This document shows positions 38,703-49,043 of a stretch of 64,000 bases of DNA, piece after piece (within the stretch, counting starts at the first letter, position 1; every line of letters starts with the position of its first letter). Both the position numbers and the translations under genes were made by a program. The notes under the pieces are model-generated. The model was not told where the DNA came from. It made no database searches and saw only the letters and a list, made by a program, of their open reading frames with translations. Source of the DNA: Chloroflexota bacterium (lineage in GTDB: Bacteria; Chloroflexota; UBA11872; VXOZ01); NCBI GenBank assembly GCA_965221905.1, contig OZ244922.1, forward strand, positions 416,001 through 480,000, in the 5' to 3' direction.

Positions 38703-39863
38703 ATGAGCGACCTGATCTATCTCGACCATGCCGCCACCACGCCGGTTGACCCGGCAGCACTGGACGCTATGCTGCCGTTTCTCACCGAGCAGTGGGGCAA
38801 TCCGTCCGGCATCTACAGTATCGCGCGCCGTGCCAAGCAGGCGTTGGAAGAGGCGCGGGAGGATATTGCCGACGTTTTCTTATGCAGTCCTAACGAGATC
38901 GTCTTCACGGGCAGCGGCAGCGAGGGGGCAAACCTCGCCCTGAAAGGCGCGGCGTATGCCCGGCGCGATGAAGGCATGCACATCATCACTACCCAGATCG
39001 AACACCATGCGGTGTTGCACACGTGCCATCGGCTTGAGCAGGAAGGGTTCGAGGTCACGTATCTGCCGGTAGACGAATTCGGTAGCGTAGACTTGGATGC
39101 CCTGCGCGCTGCGGTTCGTCCGGACACTATCCTGCTCAGTATTATGCTTGCCAACAACGAGGTCGGCACAGTTCAACCGCTGCAAGAAGCCGTGGCTCTG
39201 GCCCGGGAACAGAATGCGGACATCATAGTACACACCGACGCGGTGCAAGCCGCCGGATGCATGGAATTGGACGTGGAAGAGCTGGACATAGACCTCATGT
39301 CTATTGCCGCACATAAGTTCTATGGGCCCAAAGGCATTGGCGCGCTCTACATGCGCCGCGGCACACCGCTCATCCCCTTGGTCCAGGGCGGCGGACAGGA
39401 GCGCAACCGGCGCTCCGGCACGGAGAACGTGCCCTACGTCATCGGCATGGCGAAAGCACTCACGCTGTCCCAAACGGACCGCGACGAACGGAGCGCACAT
39501 TGCCAAGCGTTGCGCGACCGCTTAACTGACGGCATCTGCGAGCGGATCGAGATTGCCGAACGCACCGGTCATCCGACCCAGCGGCTGCCGCATGTCGCCA
39601 GCGTCACGTTTGCCAACATTGAAGGCGAGAGCATTCTTCTCAACCTCGATTTACATGACATATGCGCCTCCGCCGGTTCAGCCTGCTCCGCCACCTCGCT
39701 GGAGCCCTCGCACGTGCTGCAAGCAATGGGCATTCCGCCGCACCGGGCCCGGGGCGCGTTGCGCCTGAGCGTCGGTTACGGAAACACGGCGGAAGAGATC
39801 GAGCGCGTGCTGGAGCTATTGCCCGGCATTGTCAACCAATTCCGTGCCTTGGCCGCCGTCTAG
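38703..39863 (+). CDS. iscS: cysteine desulfurase (IscS/NifS)
   Basis: YLDHAATT, ANNEVG, HTDAVQ, AHKFYGPKG, RSGTENV, SAGSACS. Confidence 0.92.
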   Translation: MSDLIYLDHAATTPVDPAALDAMLPFLTEQWGNPSGIYSIARRAKQALEEAREDIADVFLCSPNEIVFTGSGSEGANLALKGAAYARRDEGMHIITTQIEHHAVLHTCHRLEQEGFEVTYLPVDEFGSVDLDALRAAVRPDTILLSIMLANNEVGTVQPLQEAVALAREQNADIIVHTDAVQAAGCMELDVEELDIDLMSIAAHKFYGPKGIGALYMRRGTPLIPLVQGGGQERNRRSGTENVPYVIGMAKALTLSQTDRDERSAHCQALRDRLTDGICERIEIAERTGHPTQRLPHVASVTFANIEGESILLNLDLHDICASAGSACSATSLEPSHVLQAMGIPPHRARGALRLSVGYGNTAEEIERVLELLPGIVNQFRALAAV

Positions 39864-40202
39864 GCCCTCGGCAGCCTTTCCGGCTGCGCATACACGCAGT
39901 CGCCCGTGGTTTAGGGTGGCGCGTCCCAAATTGTGTTCAACATTGGTTCTATCTCTACGCGCAGTCAAGTGTGTCGGCCACTCCACCAAAGACCTTCGCC
40001 GCCATCCAGCTAGCTTCCAGCCCGCATACCTTTGCGCTACTGGCACACCGGTCTTTGCCTTGACCCCTTCAACCGCGGTGCCGTATCATTGCTTCGCTCA
40101 CAAAGCTTTAGCTTTTGTGAACATTTCTACCATGGCGAGAGTCCTGCGCGGAAATCACAGTCAGACTTCGATGAGTAGCACGCAGCGAAAGAGCGGTTAG
40201 GC

Positions 40203-42596
40203 GTGAACCGGATTCTGCCTGCATATCGCATAGCCGCCGCCGTAGTGGCGTGGATTGTGCTGTTTACCGCGTTGCCCGGTCAGGTTGCGGCGGCAACTCC
40301 CGCCCAGAGTTCCGAAACGAAAACCTGGCAGTGGGCAGACTGCAAGGCACCGTTGAACCCAGCAAGCGTCGCGGATGAGAGCTTCGGTGTGAACGAGTCA
40401 TTCCGCGCTACTGAGATTGCCAAAAACCTCGGTGCAAAGTGGTCGCGCTTTGTTTTCGAGTGGAGCCAGGTTGAGGAAGAAGAGGGCAACTATCAGAAGC
40501 TCACGCATCAATTCTATCTTGGCCCCGGCACCCTAGACCGCGAACTTGCTAACGGCCTCAACATTTACGGTCTTCTAAAGAATACGCCTCCGTTTGCCCA
40601 ACTCAATCCCGCTGACGGTGTGCGCAGCAAGCCGGACCTTGCAAAGTGGGGACACTTCGTTAGGGTAATCGTCGGCCACTACAAAGACAAGATCGATCAT
40701 TGGGCAATCTGGAATGAGGTCGAGATTTCGCCCGGGGGCGCGAACGCTATCTACAATACGTTTGTAGGCACTGCGGCCGAATACAAGGAAGTGCTAAAGG
40801 TAGCCTACCAGGTAGCCAAATTCGCTAATCCCAATGCCAAGATCATTCTCGCGCCCTATAGTTACCATCACGACTTGCATGAGGGCGGCGAACAGTCTCT
40901 CCCATGGTTAGAAGAGCTTTTTGCTGCCCTCGCCGCCGATCCGGAAGCAGCGGCGAACAACTACTACTTCGACATCTTTGCTATGAATATCTACCGCAAT
41001 CCGCATGATCTCTACGATAGATACGCCGGCAACATTCCGTGGTCGGTGCGTCCGCCTGATCGAACAAGCGTAAGGGACAAGCTCGCTGCCGCGGGCATTG
41101 ACCCCAATCGCTTCGAATGGTGGATAACGGAAACAGCCTGCGTGTCATACGATGACACGCAGGCTGTTGGATGGGATGCCGCGGCCAGGAACGATGGTTT
41201 CCGGATCACGATGCAAGAGCAGGCGGCGGCCTTGGTTCAAGCGTATGCGCTTGCGTTTGCCGCGGGCTGGGATACGGTCTTCTGGCACGCCATGAGCGAT
41301 GACCCGCCCCCACCCCCCGATGAGCTTTGGGGATTGGCGCGCTTTCACAATGATCTCGTCAATGCGGACACAGGCCGCCTGCGGCCCGCTGCTTGCGCCT
41401 ATCGCATGGCGGCACGATACATGTCCCACGCTTCAAATATTCGGCTGCACACGCTAGACCGTCCCAATCAGACGATTGATCCGGACGGCACCTTTAATCC
41501 GAATCCCCGCCAATATGCTCCACGCTTCGAGTGGCACGTGCAGCAGGTGACTTTCGATCGCGGTATCGAACGCACCTTTGTGCTGTGGAATTCCGGTTCT
41601 GATGACGTTTGGGTTGCAGTGCAGCGTAGCGCGGGGACCGCTCGGTTACTTGACATGTATGGTAACGAGCTCACCTTGCAGCAGACCGGCAATGACTGGC
41701 TGCTAAACTTGGGGAAAGCCAGCCGTCACTTTTCGCTTTTCGGTGGAGATCCGGCCGACTATTTCTTTGTGGGTGGCTCACCGGTATTCTTGATTGAGTA
41801 CAACCCAACGAGCGCTGAACCGGTCGCCCCAAGGCTGGCTGTCGACACCGGCATTGCCGTAGCCGTCTCTGCCCCGGCCTCGGAAGCTGACATCATCGGT
41901 CAAGTTGAAGACTACGGGATTGCCGGCGGCCACTTCTATACACAGGCGCGCGGTGATCGCCCTATATCCTTTGGATACTCTATCGTGGATGACACGCTGT
42001 GCCCGTGCTATACGCAATTCATTGCGTTGGGCGGCGTGGCGGCGCTGGGCTACCCCGCTTCGCAACCATACCAGGAAGGTCCGTTCGTCTACCAAGCGAC
42101 CCAGGGCGTCTTGTTGCAATGGGATCCCGCCGCAGGCCGCATGAATATTGCCAATGTCTTTGACATCCTTTCGGCAAACGGCTTTGATGATCATTTGGAG
42201 GTAAAGAAGCAGATCCCGCCCAGCTTTGACTGGTCGAGCGATGACGGCAGGCCGTTCGAGGGATCCGGCGGCATCGTTGAGAACCACTTCAACGTAGTCT
42301 TCAATGCGCAGTCTGACGATAGTGAGGCTATGAGCGCCGCCCGCCAGGCATTGCGCACAACCTACCTGACGAATCCAAATTGGCTCCTGCACTATGGCTT
42401 GCCGATGGGTATCAAGGAATTTGGCAACGTGGTTGTTGTCCGCGGGCAGCGGGCCGCTTTCCAGTACTGGAAAGAAGACGTGCCGTGGGCCTCCGAGGGT
42501 CAAGTGACCAAGGTGCTTGGCGGTGACGTTTATAAAGAATCCGGTCTCATTCCGGATTCTGCTGTGGTTCCGATAACTGCGCCTGAGTCTCCGTAG
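40203..42596 (+). CDS. secreted clan GH-A glycoside hydrolase-like protein (GH39/GH5-like) with C-terminal putative cell-surface-binding region
   Basis: Signal peptide, WAIWNE acid/base, WITE nucleophile; C-terminal LGYP...YGLP..QRA repeats. Confidence 0.65.
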   Translation: MNRILPAYRIAAAVVAWIVLFTALPGQVAAATPAQSSETKTWQWADCKAPLNPASVADESFGVNESFRATEIAKNLGAKWSRFVFEWSQVEEEEGNYQKLTHQFYLGPGTLDRELANGLNIYGLLKNTPPFAQLNPADGVRSKPDLAKWGHFVRVIVGHYKDKIDHWAIWNEVEISPGGANAIYNTFVGTAAEYKEVLKVAYQVAKFANPNAKIILAPYSYHHDLHEGGEQSLPWLEELFAALAADPEAAANNYYFDIFAMNIYRNPHDLYDRYAGNIPWSVRPPDRTSVRDKLAAAGIDPNRFEWWITETACVSYDDTQAVGWDAAARNDGFRITMQEQAAALVQAYALAFAAGWDTVFWHAMSDDPPPPPDELWGLARFHNDLVNADTGRLRPAACAYRMAARYMSHASNIRLHTLDRPNQTIDPDGTFNPNPRQYAPRFEWHVQQVTFDRGIERTFVLWNSGSDDVWVAVQRSAGTARLLDMYGNELTLQQTGNDWLLNLGKASRHFSLFGGDPADYFFVGGSPVFLIEYNPTSAEPVAPRLAVDTGIAVAVSAPASEADIIGQVEDYGIAGGHFYTQARGDRPISFGYSIVDDTLCPCYTQFIALGGVAALGYPASQPYQEGPFVYQATQGVLLQWDPAAGRMNIANVFDILSANGFDDHLEVKKQIPPSFDWSSDDGRPFEGSGGIVENHFNVVFNAQSDDSEAMSAARQALRTTYLTNPNWLLHYGLPMGIKEFGNVVVVRGQRAAFQYWKEDVPWASEGQVTKVLGGDVYKESGLIPDSAVVPITAPESP

Positions 42597-42605
42597 TCTT
42601 CCATC

Positions 42606-43712
42606 ATGTCTACACGCTACATGACACGGGCACTCAAGTTGGCAGACCGGGCGCAGGGACGCACGTCGCCTAACCCGGCGGTCGGCGCTATTGTCGTGCG
42701 GGACGGCGTTGTGGTCGGCGAGGGCGCCACGCAGCCGCCCGGCCAAGCACATGCCGAAGTGGTGGCACTCAGCCAAGCCGGTGCTGCCGCCAAGGGCGCC
42801 GAACTCTACGTGACCCTTGAGCCCTGCGCCTTTCAGGGCCGCACGCCACCCTGTACGGATGCCATCATTGCCGCCGGCATTCTGCACGTGAGCATTGGCG
42901 TTCTCGACCCCCATCCGCGGGTCAATGGACGGGGTGTGGAGCGTCTGCGGGACGCCGGTATCGGGGTGAGCGTTGGCATCAGTGAGCCGCAGGCCCGGTG
43001 CTGCCACGAGGCGTATCTCCACAGCGTCCAAACCGGCTTGCCATTCGTCACCTTGAAGATGGCTATGAGCCTTGACGGCAAGGTGGCGACGGGCGACAGT
43101 GAATCAATCTACTTGACCGGTGAAGCGGCGCGCACCCATGTACACGAACTGCGCGATCGCAGCGATGCCATAGTCGTCGGCGTGAATACGGTCATTGCCG
43201 ACGATCCGCGCTTGACGACGCGTCTCGCGCGCTCGGACGTCCGCCACCCTCGGCGCTATATTCTCGATAGCCGGGGCAGAACGCCGCTGAGTGCTCGGAT
43301 TCTTGACCCGGATCTCCCCGGCCGGACTACGATAGTTACGACAGACGCGGTAGCGGCTGATCGGCTGGGGGAGTATAGCGCCCGTGGCGCAACCGTTTGG
43401 TTGCTGCCGCCCAAAGAAGGGCGTGTGGACCTGCCGGAGTTCTTGCGGAAGCTTGGGGCAGAAGGCGTCCGCTCAGTGCTGCTGGAGGGGGGCCCAACTT
43501 TGGCCGGCTCATTCCTAATTGCTGATTGTGTGCAAAAACTGCTCGTGTTTGTGGCGCCACTCCTGGTTGGCAGTGATGATGTACCGTCACTGCTCGCCGG
43601 CCGAGACGGTAGCGTCCTAGGCAAAGCGCGGCGGTTCCACTTTTCATCTGTCAGACGGATTGGCCCCGATGTGCTCTTGACGGCCTATCTCAGAGGTGCT
43701 GATCTCGACTAG
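42606..43712 (+). CDS. ribD: riboflavin biosynthesis deaminase/reductase
   Basis: SPNPAVG, HAE, TLEPC...PPC, SLDGK, EGG. Confidence 0.95.
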   Translation: MSTRYMTRALKLADRAQGRTSPNPAVGAIVVRDGVVVGEGATQPPGQAHAEVVALSQAGAAAKGAELYVTLEPCAFQGRTPPCTDAIIAAGILHVSIGVLDPHPRVNGRGVERLRDAGIGVSVGISEPQARCCHEAYLHSVQTGLPFVTLKMAMSLDGKVATGDSESIYLTGEAARTHVHELRDRSDAIVVGVNTVIADDPRLTTRLARSDVRHPRRYILDSRGRTPLSARILDPDLPGRTTIVTTDAVAADRLGEYSARGATVWLLPPKEGRVDLPEFLRKLGAEGVRSVLLEGGPTLAGSFLIADCVQKLLVFVAPLLVGSDDVPSLLAGRDGSVLGKARRFHFSSVRRIGPDVLLTAYLRGADLD

Positions 43713-43773
43713 CGGATCGCGCTCAGTGTCGCCGCATGCCGGTATAATCAAATAAAGTGCACAGGGGGCCAGC

Positions 43774-44370
43774 ATGTTTACCGGCATTATCAAAGCGCTT
43801 GGCACAGTCAATAATGTGGAAGTGACGCCTGATGGCGCACGATTGGAGATTGCGGCCCGGGGGATCGCGGATACCCTCAGCCATGGTGAGAGTGTTGCCG
43901 TAAATGGTACCTGTCTCACGGTCGCGACGCTCCGGCCGCCCGCATTTGCCTTCCAACTCACGCCGGAGACCCTTTCACGCACGTCCCTGGGCGAACTCTC
44001 TGCCGGTGACAAAGTAAACCTAGAGCCCGCGTTACGCGTGGGCGACAGCCTGGGAGGTCACGTGGTGCAAGGACACGTTGACGCCACCGGCACAATTCTG
44101 GAACACGCCCCAGTGGGTGATTCGGTTGTAATGCGCTTCAGCGCGCCACCGGAGGTGCTCCGCTACGTGGTCGTGAAGGGCTCGATTGCGGTGGATGGTG
44201 TTAGTCTTACCGTTACTGCGCTAGAATCGCAGGCATTTGCCGTCTCCCTGGTACAATATACAAAGGAGCACACAAATCTAACCCGCAAGCCGCTTGGCGC
44301 CCGTGTAAATCTGGAAGTTGACCTGTTTGCGAAGTACGTTGAGCGCTTACTGCAACTGAATCAGGATTAG
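43774..44370 (+). CDS. ribE: riboflavin synthase (alpha chain; RibE/RibC)
   Basis: MFTGII, NGTCLTV, GGHVVQGHVD, VNLEVD. Confidence 0.95.
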   Translation: MFTGIIKALGTVNNVEVTPDGARLEIAARGIADTLSHGESVAVNGTCLTVATLRPPAFAFQLTPETLSRTSLGELSAGDKVNLEPALRVGDSLGGHVVQGHVDATGTILEHAPVGDSVVMRFSAPPEVLRYVVVKGSIAVDGVSLTVTALESQAFAVSLVQYTKEHTNLTRKPLGARVNLEVDLFAKYVERLLQLNQD

Positions 44371-44407
44371 CAGTGATTTGGGCAAGCTATGCGGGGGAGC
44401 AGATCTG

Positions 44408-44641
44408 ATGGCAGTTTTCGACACCCACAAGGCGTTTGAAACCCCTATTGCCGCGGGCTTCACGGAGCGCCAAGCCAAAGCCTTGTTGAAAGTGGGCAGC
44501 GAAGGGTACGGCGCGCCGGCAACGAAGACCGATCTGCGAGAGCTGGGGCTGCGCCTAAAGCATGAACTGACGCTGCGGATGGGTGGCCTTGGAGCGGCGG
44601 GCATGGCGATAATCGCTATGCCGGAACTGATACCGCGATAG
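44408..44641 (+). CDS. small DUF1640/CCDC90-like protein, possibly degenerate
   Basis: FDTH....AAGFTERQA...ATKTDL followed by a hydrophobic C-terminus. Confidence 0.5.
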   Translation: MAVFDTHKAFETPIAAGFTERQAKALLKVGSEGYGAPATKTDLRELGLRLKHELTLRMGGLGAAGMAIIAMPELIPR

Positions 44642-44796
44642 GTACCGTAGGGTGAGAGCAACACGCTTGCCCTAATTGCTGCGGAAATTGACGCCTTAGC
44701 GTGACGCGGCGCACGAGTCGAGGATACTTAACAGCGGCTAAGACAGTCCGACCGCGCTGTAACACTTCAAGCACTGGATGAATTAGCAGAGAGGCC

Positions 44797-46020
44797 ATGC
44801 GCATGCCACTGGCAACGATTGAAGAGGCCGTCGAGGAGTTTCGCCGCGGGAATTTCGTCATCATCATCGATGATAAAGACCGCGAGAATGAAGGCGATCT
44901 TTGCGTTCCGGCGGAGAGGATCACGCCCGAGAAGGTCAACTTCATGGCGAAGTATGGGCGCGGCCTCATTTGCACGCCCCTCACCGGCCAGCGCCTGGAT
45001 GAACTGCGCATCCCACTCATGGTGTCGAATAATAACACCATGTACGGCACGGCGTTCACTGTTTCTGTGGAGTCGCGGCATGGCGTAGCCAGCGGCATCT
45101 CCGCCTCAGACCGCGCTAAGACCGTCAAGGCGTTGGTGGACCCCAATACCACACCCAGCGACCTCATAATGCCTGGCCACACATTTCCCTTGCGCGCTTG
45201 CGATGGCGGCGTGCTGGTGCGCGCCGGCCACACTGAGGCGAGCATTGACCTGGCCAAGCTTGCCGACCTCTATCCAGGAGCAGTAGTCTGCGAGATTATG
45301 GACGAAGACGGCAAGATGATGCGGCTGCCGCAACTAGAAGAGTTCGCAGCCAGACACGGCATTAAGATCATCAGCATTGCCAGCCTCATCGAGTACCGCT
45401 ACCGCACAGAAACGATTGCACGCCGCGTGGCCCGCAGCCGTATTCCCACGGACTATGGGGAGTTTACGGCACTGGCCTACGAGAGCACCGCGGATTGGCA
45501 AGAAGGGATCGCGCTCGTGGTGGGCACGATCACGCCCGAAGAACCGGTGCTGGTGCGCGTCCATTCGCAATGCGCCACAGGCGACGCGCTCGGATCCTTA
45601 CGCTGCGATTGCGGTATGCAACTGCGCCTCGCCATGAAGATGGTGCAGGAAGAAGGCACGGGCGTAATCCTCTACCTGAATCAGGAGGGTCGCGGCATCG
45701 GGCTGATGAACAAGATGCGCGCATACGAATTGCAGGATGGCGGTTTGGATACCGTAGAGGCGAATCATCGCCTCGGCCTGGGCGCGGACCAGCGCAACTA
45801 CGGCTTCGGTTGCCAGGTGCTCAAAGACCTCGGCGCATTCAAGGTGCGCTTGCTCACGAACAGTCCTATCAAAGCGGCGGCGCTGAGCATCTACGGCCTG
45901 GAAATGGTCGAGCGCGTGCCCCTCAGCGTGCAACCAAATAGCGAAAACCTACGCTATCTGCAAACAAAACGTGATAGACTGGGACACGATCTTTCGTTTG
46001 CTACGCAAGACACGGAGTGA
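44797..46020 (+). CDS. ribBA: bifunctional DHBP synthase / GTP cyclohydrolase II
   Basis: DRENEGD, RAGHTEA, RVHSQC.TGD..GSLRCDCG, QEGRGIG. Confidence 0.96.
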   Translation: MRMPLATIEEAVEEFRRGNFVIIIDDKDRENEGDLCVPAERITPEKVNFMAKYGRGLICTPLTGQRLDELRIPLMVSNNNTMYGTAFTVSVESRHGVASGISASDRAKTVKALVDPNTTPSDLIMPGHTFPLRACDGGVLVRAGHTEASIDLAKLADLYPGAVVCEIMDEDGKMMRLPQLEEFAARHGIKIISIASLIEYRYRTETIARRVARSRIPTDYGEFTALAYESTADWQEGIALVVGTITPEEPVLVRVHSQCATGDALGSLRCDCGMQLRLAMKMVQEEGTGVILYLNQEGRGIGLMNKMRAYELQDGGLDTVEANHRLGLGADQRNYGFGCQVLKDLGAFKVRLLTNSPIKAAALSIYGLEMVERVPLSVQPNSENLRYLQTKRDRLGHDLSFATQDTE

Positions 46021-46493
46021 ATGCGCCTGTGGCACGTACGATAGAAGGCACGCTCGAGGGTGGAGACCACCGCTTCGCAATCGTGGCGGCGCGCTTCAAC
46101 GAGTTATTCGTAGACCGGCTTGTCCAAGGCGCCGTGGACGGCCTGACCCGCCATGGCGTGAAGGAAGACGCCATTGACGTCGCGCGCGTGCCCGGCTCGC
46201 TGGAGATCCCGATTACGGCCCAGCGTCTGGCCGCGAAGGGCAGCTACAGCGCCATCATTTGCTTAGGCGTCGTTATTCGCGGCGCGACCCTGCACTTCGA
46301 GCACGTCGCTGGCGGCGCGGCCGGCGGCATCGCCCACGTTGCACTTGCCGCCGATATCCCCATTATCAACGGCCTGATCGTGGCGGAATCCCTCGAACAA
46401 GCCATGGAGCGCGCGGGCACCAAGCTTGGCAACAAAGGTTTCGACGCCGCCATGGCCGCAATCGAAATGGCGAATCTGCTCAAGCAGCTGTAG
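46017..46493 (+). CDS. ribH: 6,7-dimethyl-8-ribityllumazine synthase
   Basis: ARFN, VPGSLEIP, LGVVIRGAT.HF, GNKG. Confidence 0.96.
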   Translation: MNAPVARTIEGTLEGGDHRFAIVAARFNELFVDRLVQGAVDGLTRHGVKEDAIDVARVPGSLEIPITAQRLAAKGSYSAIICLGVVIRGATLHFEHVAGGAAGGIAHVALAADIPIINGLIVAESLEQAMERAGTKLGNKGFDAAMAAIEMANLLKQL

Positions 46494-46574
46494 TTGCGGC
46501 GTTCAGGCGCACGTTTGGGTCCATGGGACCTCTTCATTCCCTCTACTAGTCCCTACTGATGGATAAAGCTGTAC

Positions 46575-47201
46575 ATGCTTGATATACATAAACTTATGGC
46601 GTCCCTTTCCGCGTATCGCCCAGTCTTTCATTCGGAAGCAGATTTTCAGCACGCCCTCGCATGGCATATTCACGAAGTGATGCCTGAATGCCGAATTCGC
46701 TTGGAGCATCCGGTACGAATTGAAGGACAGAAGCCGATGTATCTCGATATCTGGCTGCCAAACGAGCAAGTAGCTATCGAACTAAAGTACTTTAGCACAA
46801 TGCTGGAACTGAAATATGACGGTGAGGATTTTCGCCTGAAAGAGCATGCAGCGACAGACGTTGTGCGGAATCGCTTCACCCTAGACGTGGAAAGACTCGA
46901 ATGTTTGGTGCAGGACGATGATCACCCAGCTAGAGGCGGTGTTGCCATACTGCTAACTAACTGCCCACTCCTATGGGATGCAAACCGTGGAAGGAAAAAG
47001 ACAAATGACATAAACTTTCGAATTCACGAAGGTAGAAAGCTAACAGGCACACTTGAGTGGCTAAAGAATGGCCTCCCCATTGAGGGTGAAGCGAAAGTGG
47101 ATCTGGGCGGCACTTATGAAATGCACTGGAAAGACTTCTGGAACTTCACTCAGGAACAGTACGGAAAATTCCGGTACCTCGCGGTTTCGGTTGAGCCCTG
47201 A
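46575..47201 (+). CDS. hypothetical protein, putative PD-(D/E)XK nuclease fold
   Basis: SEADFQ...LDIW...IELKY; AT-richer than flanks. Confidence 0.55.
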   Translation: MLDIHKLMASLSAYRPVFHSEADFQHALAWHIHEVMPECRIRLEHPVRIEGQKPMYLDIWLPNEQVAIELKYFSTMLELKYDGEDFRLKEHAATDVVRNRFTLDVERLECLVQDDDHPARGGVAILLTNCPLLWDANRGRKKTNDINFRIHEGRKLTGTLEWLKNGLPIEGEAKVDLGGTYEMHWKDFWNFTQEQYGKFRYLAVSVEP

Positions 47202-47282
47202 ACAGGTGGAGCATGCAGGTCTCCGATTAAACGGTGCCAGCACAATCGCAAGGGTACCTCCCTCATTACATGAATATGTTCG

Positions 47283-47305
47283 GTAGCACAGGTTTGAAAC
47301 CTGTG
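47283..47305 (+). repeat. family B GTAG REP
   Basis: GTAGCACAGGTTTGAAACCTGTG. Confidence 0.75.
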
Positions 47306-47534
47306 TCTTCGTCGCCACTATGATTCAGCTAACTCAACCGTGGGTTGAGTCTGTAGGCATCGTTTACTCCAACTTGACCAATAGCCTTGTATGACGGAAA
47401 TAACCCTTTTTCCTGTCTGCTGTTGACCATTCCGTCTACGCTCCTCGATTTTCCAGATGGCTATGTTCTTCTCTGATGCAAGAGTTGCGGTACAGTGGGA
47501 TTAAAGAGACTCGCGCAGCAGAGGCAGGAACTCA

Positions 47535-48707
47535 ATGACCCAAGGGGCACTGACGCTCTTTCGATTGGCGGGCATTTCGGTGCGCGTGCATTACACGTGG
47601 TTCTTTGCGTTCTTTCTCATCGCATGGTCGCTGCCGCGCACTCTGTTTCCGGTCGGATATCCCGGCTGGACCGATTTGACGTATTGGGTAGTGGGAAGCT
47701 CGGCCGCGCTGCTGATTTTCGGTTCGGTGCTCTTTCACGAGTTTGCCCACTCTTTCATGGCGCTCGCTCGCGGCATGAAGGTAGACAGTATCACGCTCTT
47801 CATCTTTGGCGGCGCCGCCGTGCTCAAGTCCGAGCCGCGACGGCCCAGTGACGAGTTTTTCATCGCCGTGGTGGGGCCCGCGAGCAGCCTGCTCCTCGCC
47901 ATCATCTTTTTGGTCTTGAGCTTCATCTTGCCGCTCGACGTGCCCGCACAATTCCTCATCACGCAACTGGCCTTCATAAACGGCGGACTAGCCGTATTCA
48001 ACTTGCTCCCCGGCTTTCCCCTCGACGGCGGCAGAGTATTCCGCTCCATCGTTTGGGCTATTACCGGCAGCATGCGCAAAGGCACGACGGTCGCCACAAT
48101 CGTCGGGCAGGTCTTCGCATTTGGGCTAATCGCTTTTGGCCTTTTCTTCCTCTTTCGTGGTAGCTTCTTTGCCGGTATTTGGTTTATTTTCATCGGCTGG
48201 TTTTTGAACGGCGCCGCGGCGGCGAACCGCCGTCAAGTGACGCTGGACGAGGCTCTGCGCGATGTTCACGTTTCCAGCCTTATGCGCGCCGATCCTGCCG
48301 TTGTTCGTCCCGACGAGACCATGGACCGCGTCGTGCTCACTATGCTCCTGAGCGACGGCGATCGCGCTCTGCCGGTCGTAGAGGATGGCCGCGTGGTCGG
48401 AATCGTTACCATCAACGACGCGAGAAACGTACCGCAAGGAGCGTGGACCGAGACAACCGTGCGCCACGCCATGACCCCGTGTCCGCTGATTACGGTGGGG
48501 CCAAACGAGCCGATACTCAACGTCCTGGAATTGCTAGACGAGCATGCCGTCGGGCACGTGCTCGTAATGGAAGGGAGCGCCCTGTTGGGTGTGCTGAGCC
48601 GTGCCGATCTTGTGCGCTTCCTCGAACTTTCCCGCGAGTTGGGAGTCAACGCGACGCTCGCCCGGCGTGATAGCGTGCTCAGACCCGACGACAGCGCTGC
48701 AGATTGA
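47535..48707 (+). CDS. site-2 protease (M50) with CBS domains
   Basis: HEFAH, NLLPGFPLDGG, two C-terminal CBS domains. Confidence 0.93.
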   Translation: MTQGALTLFRLAGISVRVHYTWFFAFFLIAWSLPRTLFPVGYPGWTDLTYWVVGSSAALLIFGSVLFHEFAHSFMALARGMKVDSITLFIFGGAAVLKSEPRRPSDEFFIAVVGPASSLLLAIIFLVLSFILPLDVPAQFLITQLAFINGGLAVFNLLPGFPLDGGRVFRSIVWAITGSMRKGTTVATIVGQVFAFGLIAFGLFFLFRGSFFAGIWFIFIGWFLNGAAAANRRQVTLDEALRDVHVSSLMRADPAVVRPDETMDRVVLTMLLSDGDRALPVVEDGRVVGIVTINDARNVPQGAWTETTVRHAMTPCPLITVGPNEPILNVLELLDEHAVGHVLVMEGSALLGVLSRADLVRFLELSRELGVNATLARRDSVLRPDDSAAD

Positions 48708-49043
48708 AGTAGCAGCGCAACGTGCGAAGGATGTTGCACCGCACCGCGCCGTCGATAGCCTCATTGGGGTGTTAGTCGAGACCGGAGACAGTGGCGGATT
48801 ACCCGGCAGTCTTTAGGGTAAGTGAGATTTCTAATTGCGCCGGAACCTGCAACAGCCTAGAATGCACGTAAACGTCCACGTCAATAAAGGCATCTCGCGT
48901 GGAGGGGAACGTCCAGCTTGGCTCCGGCAGCAGCCAGCGAACTGTCCCTTCCTCGATATTTATCGCGCCCAGCGATACTGGCACTGCGTGGCAAGACGTT
49001 CTCTACATAGAACTGAAGACATTTCCAGAAAGGACTTGCCCCG

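Noticed and set aside
44641-44797. FMN riboswitch in the rib cluster
   Set aside because: No RFN consensus segments are seen here or before ribD.
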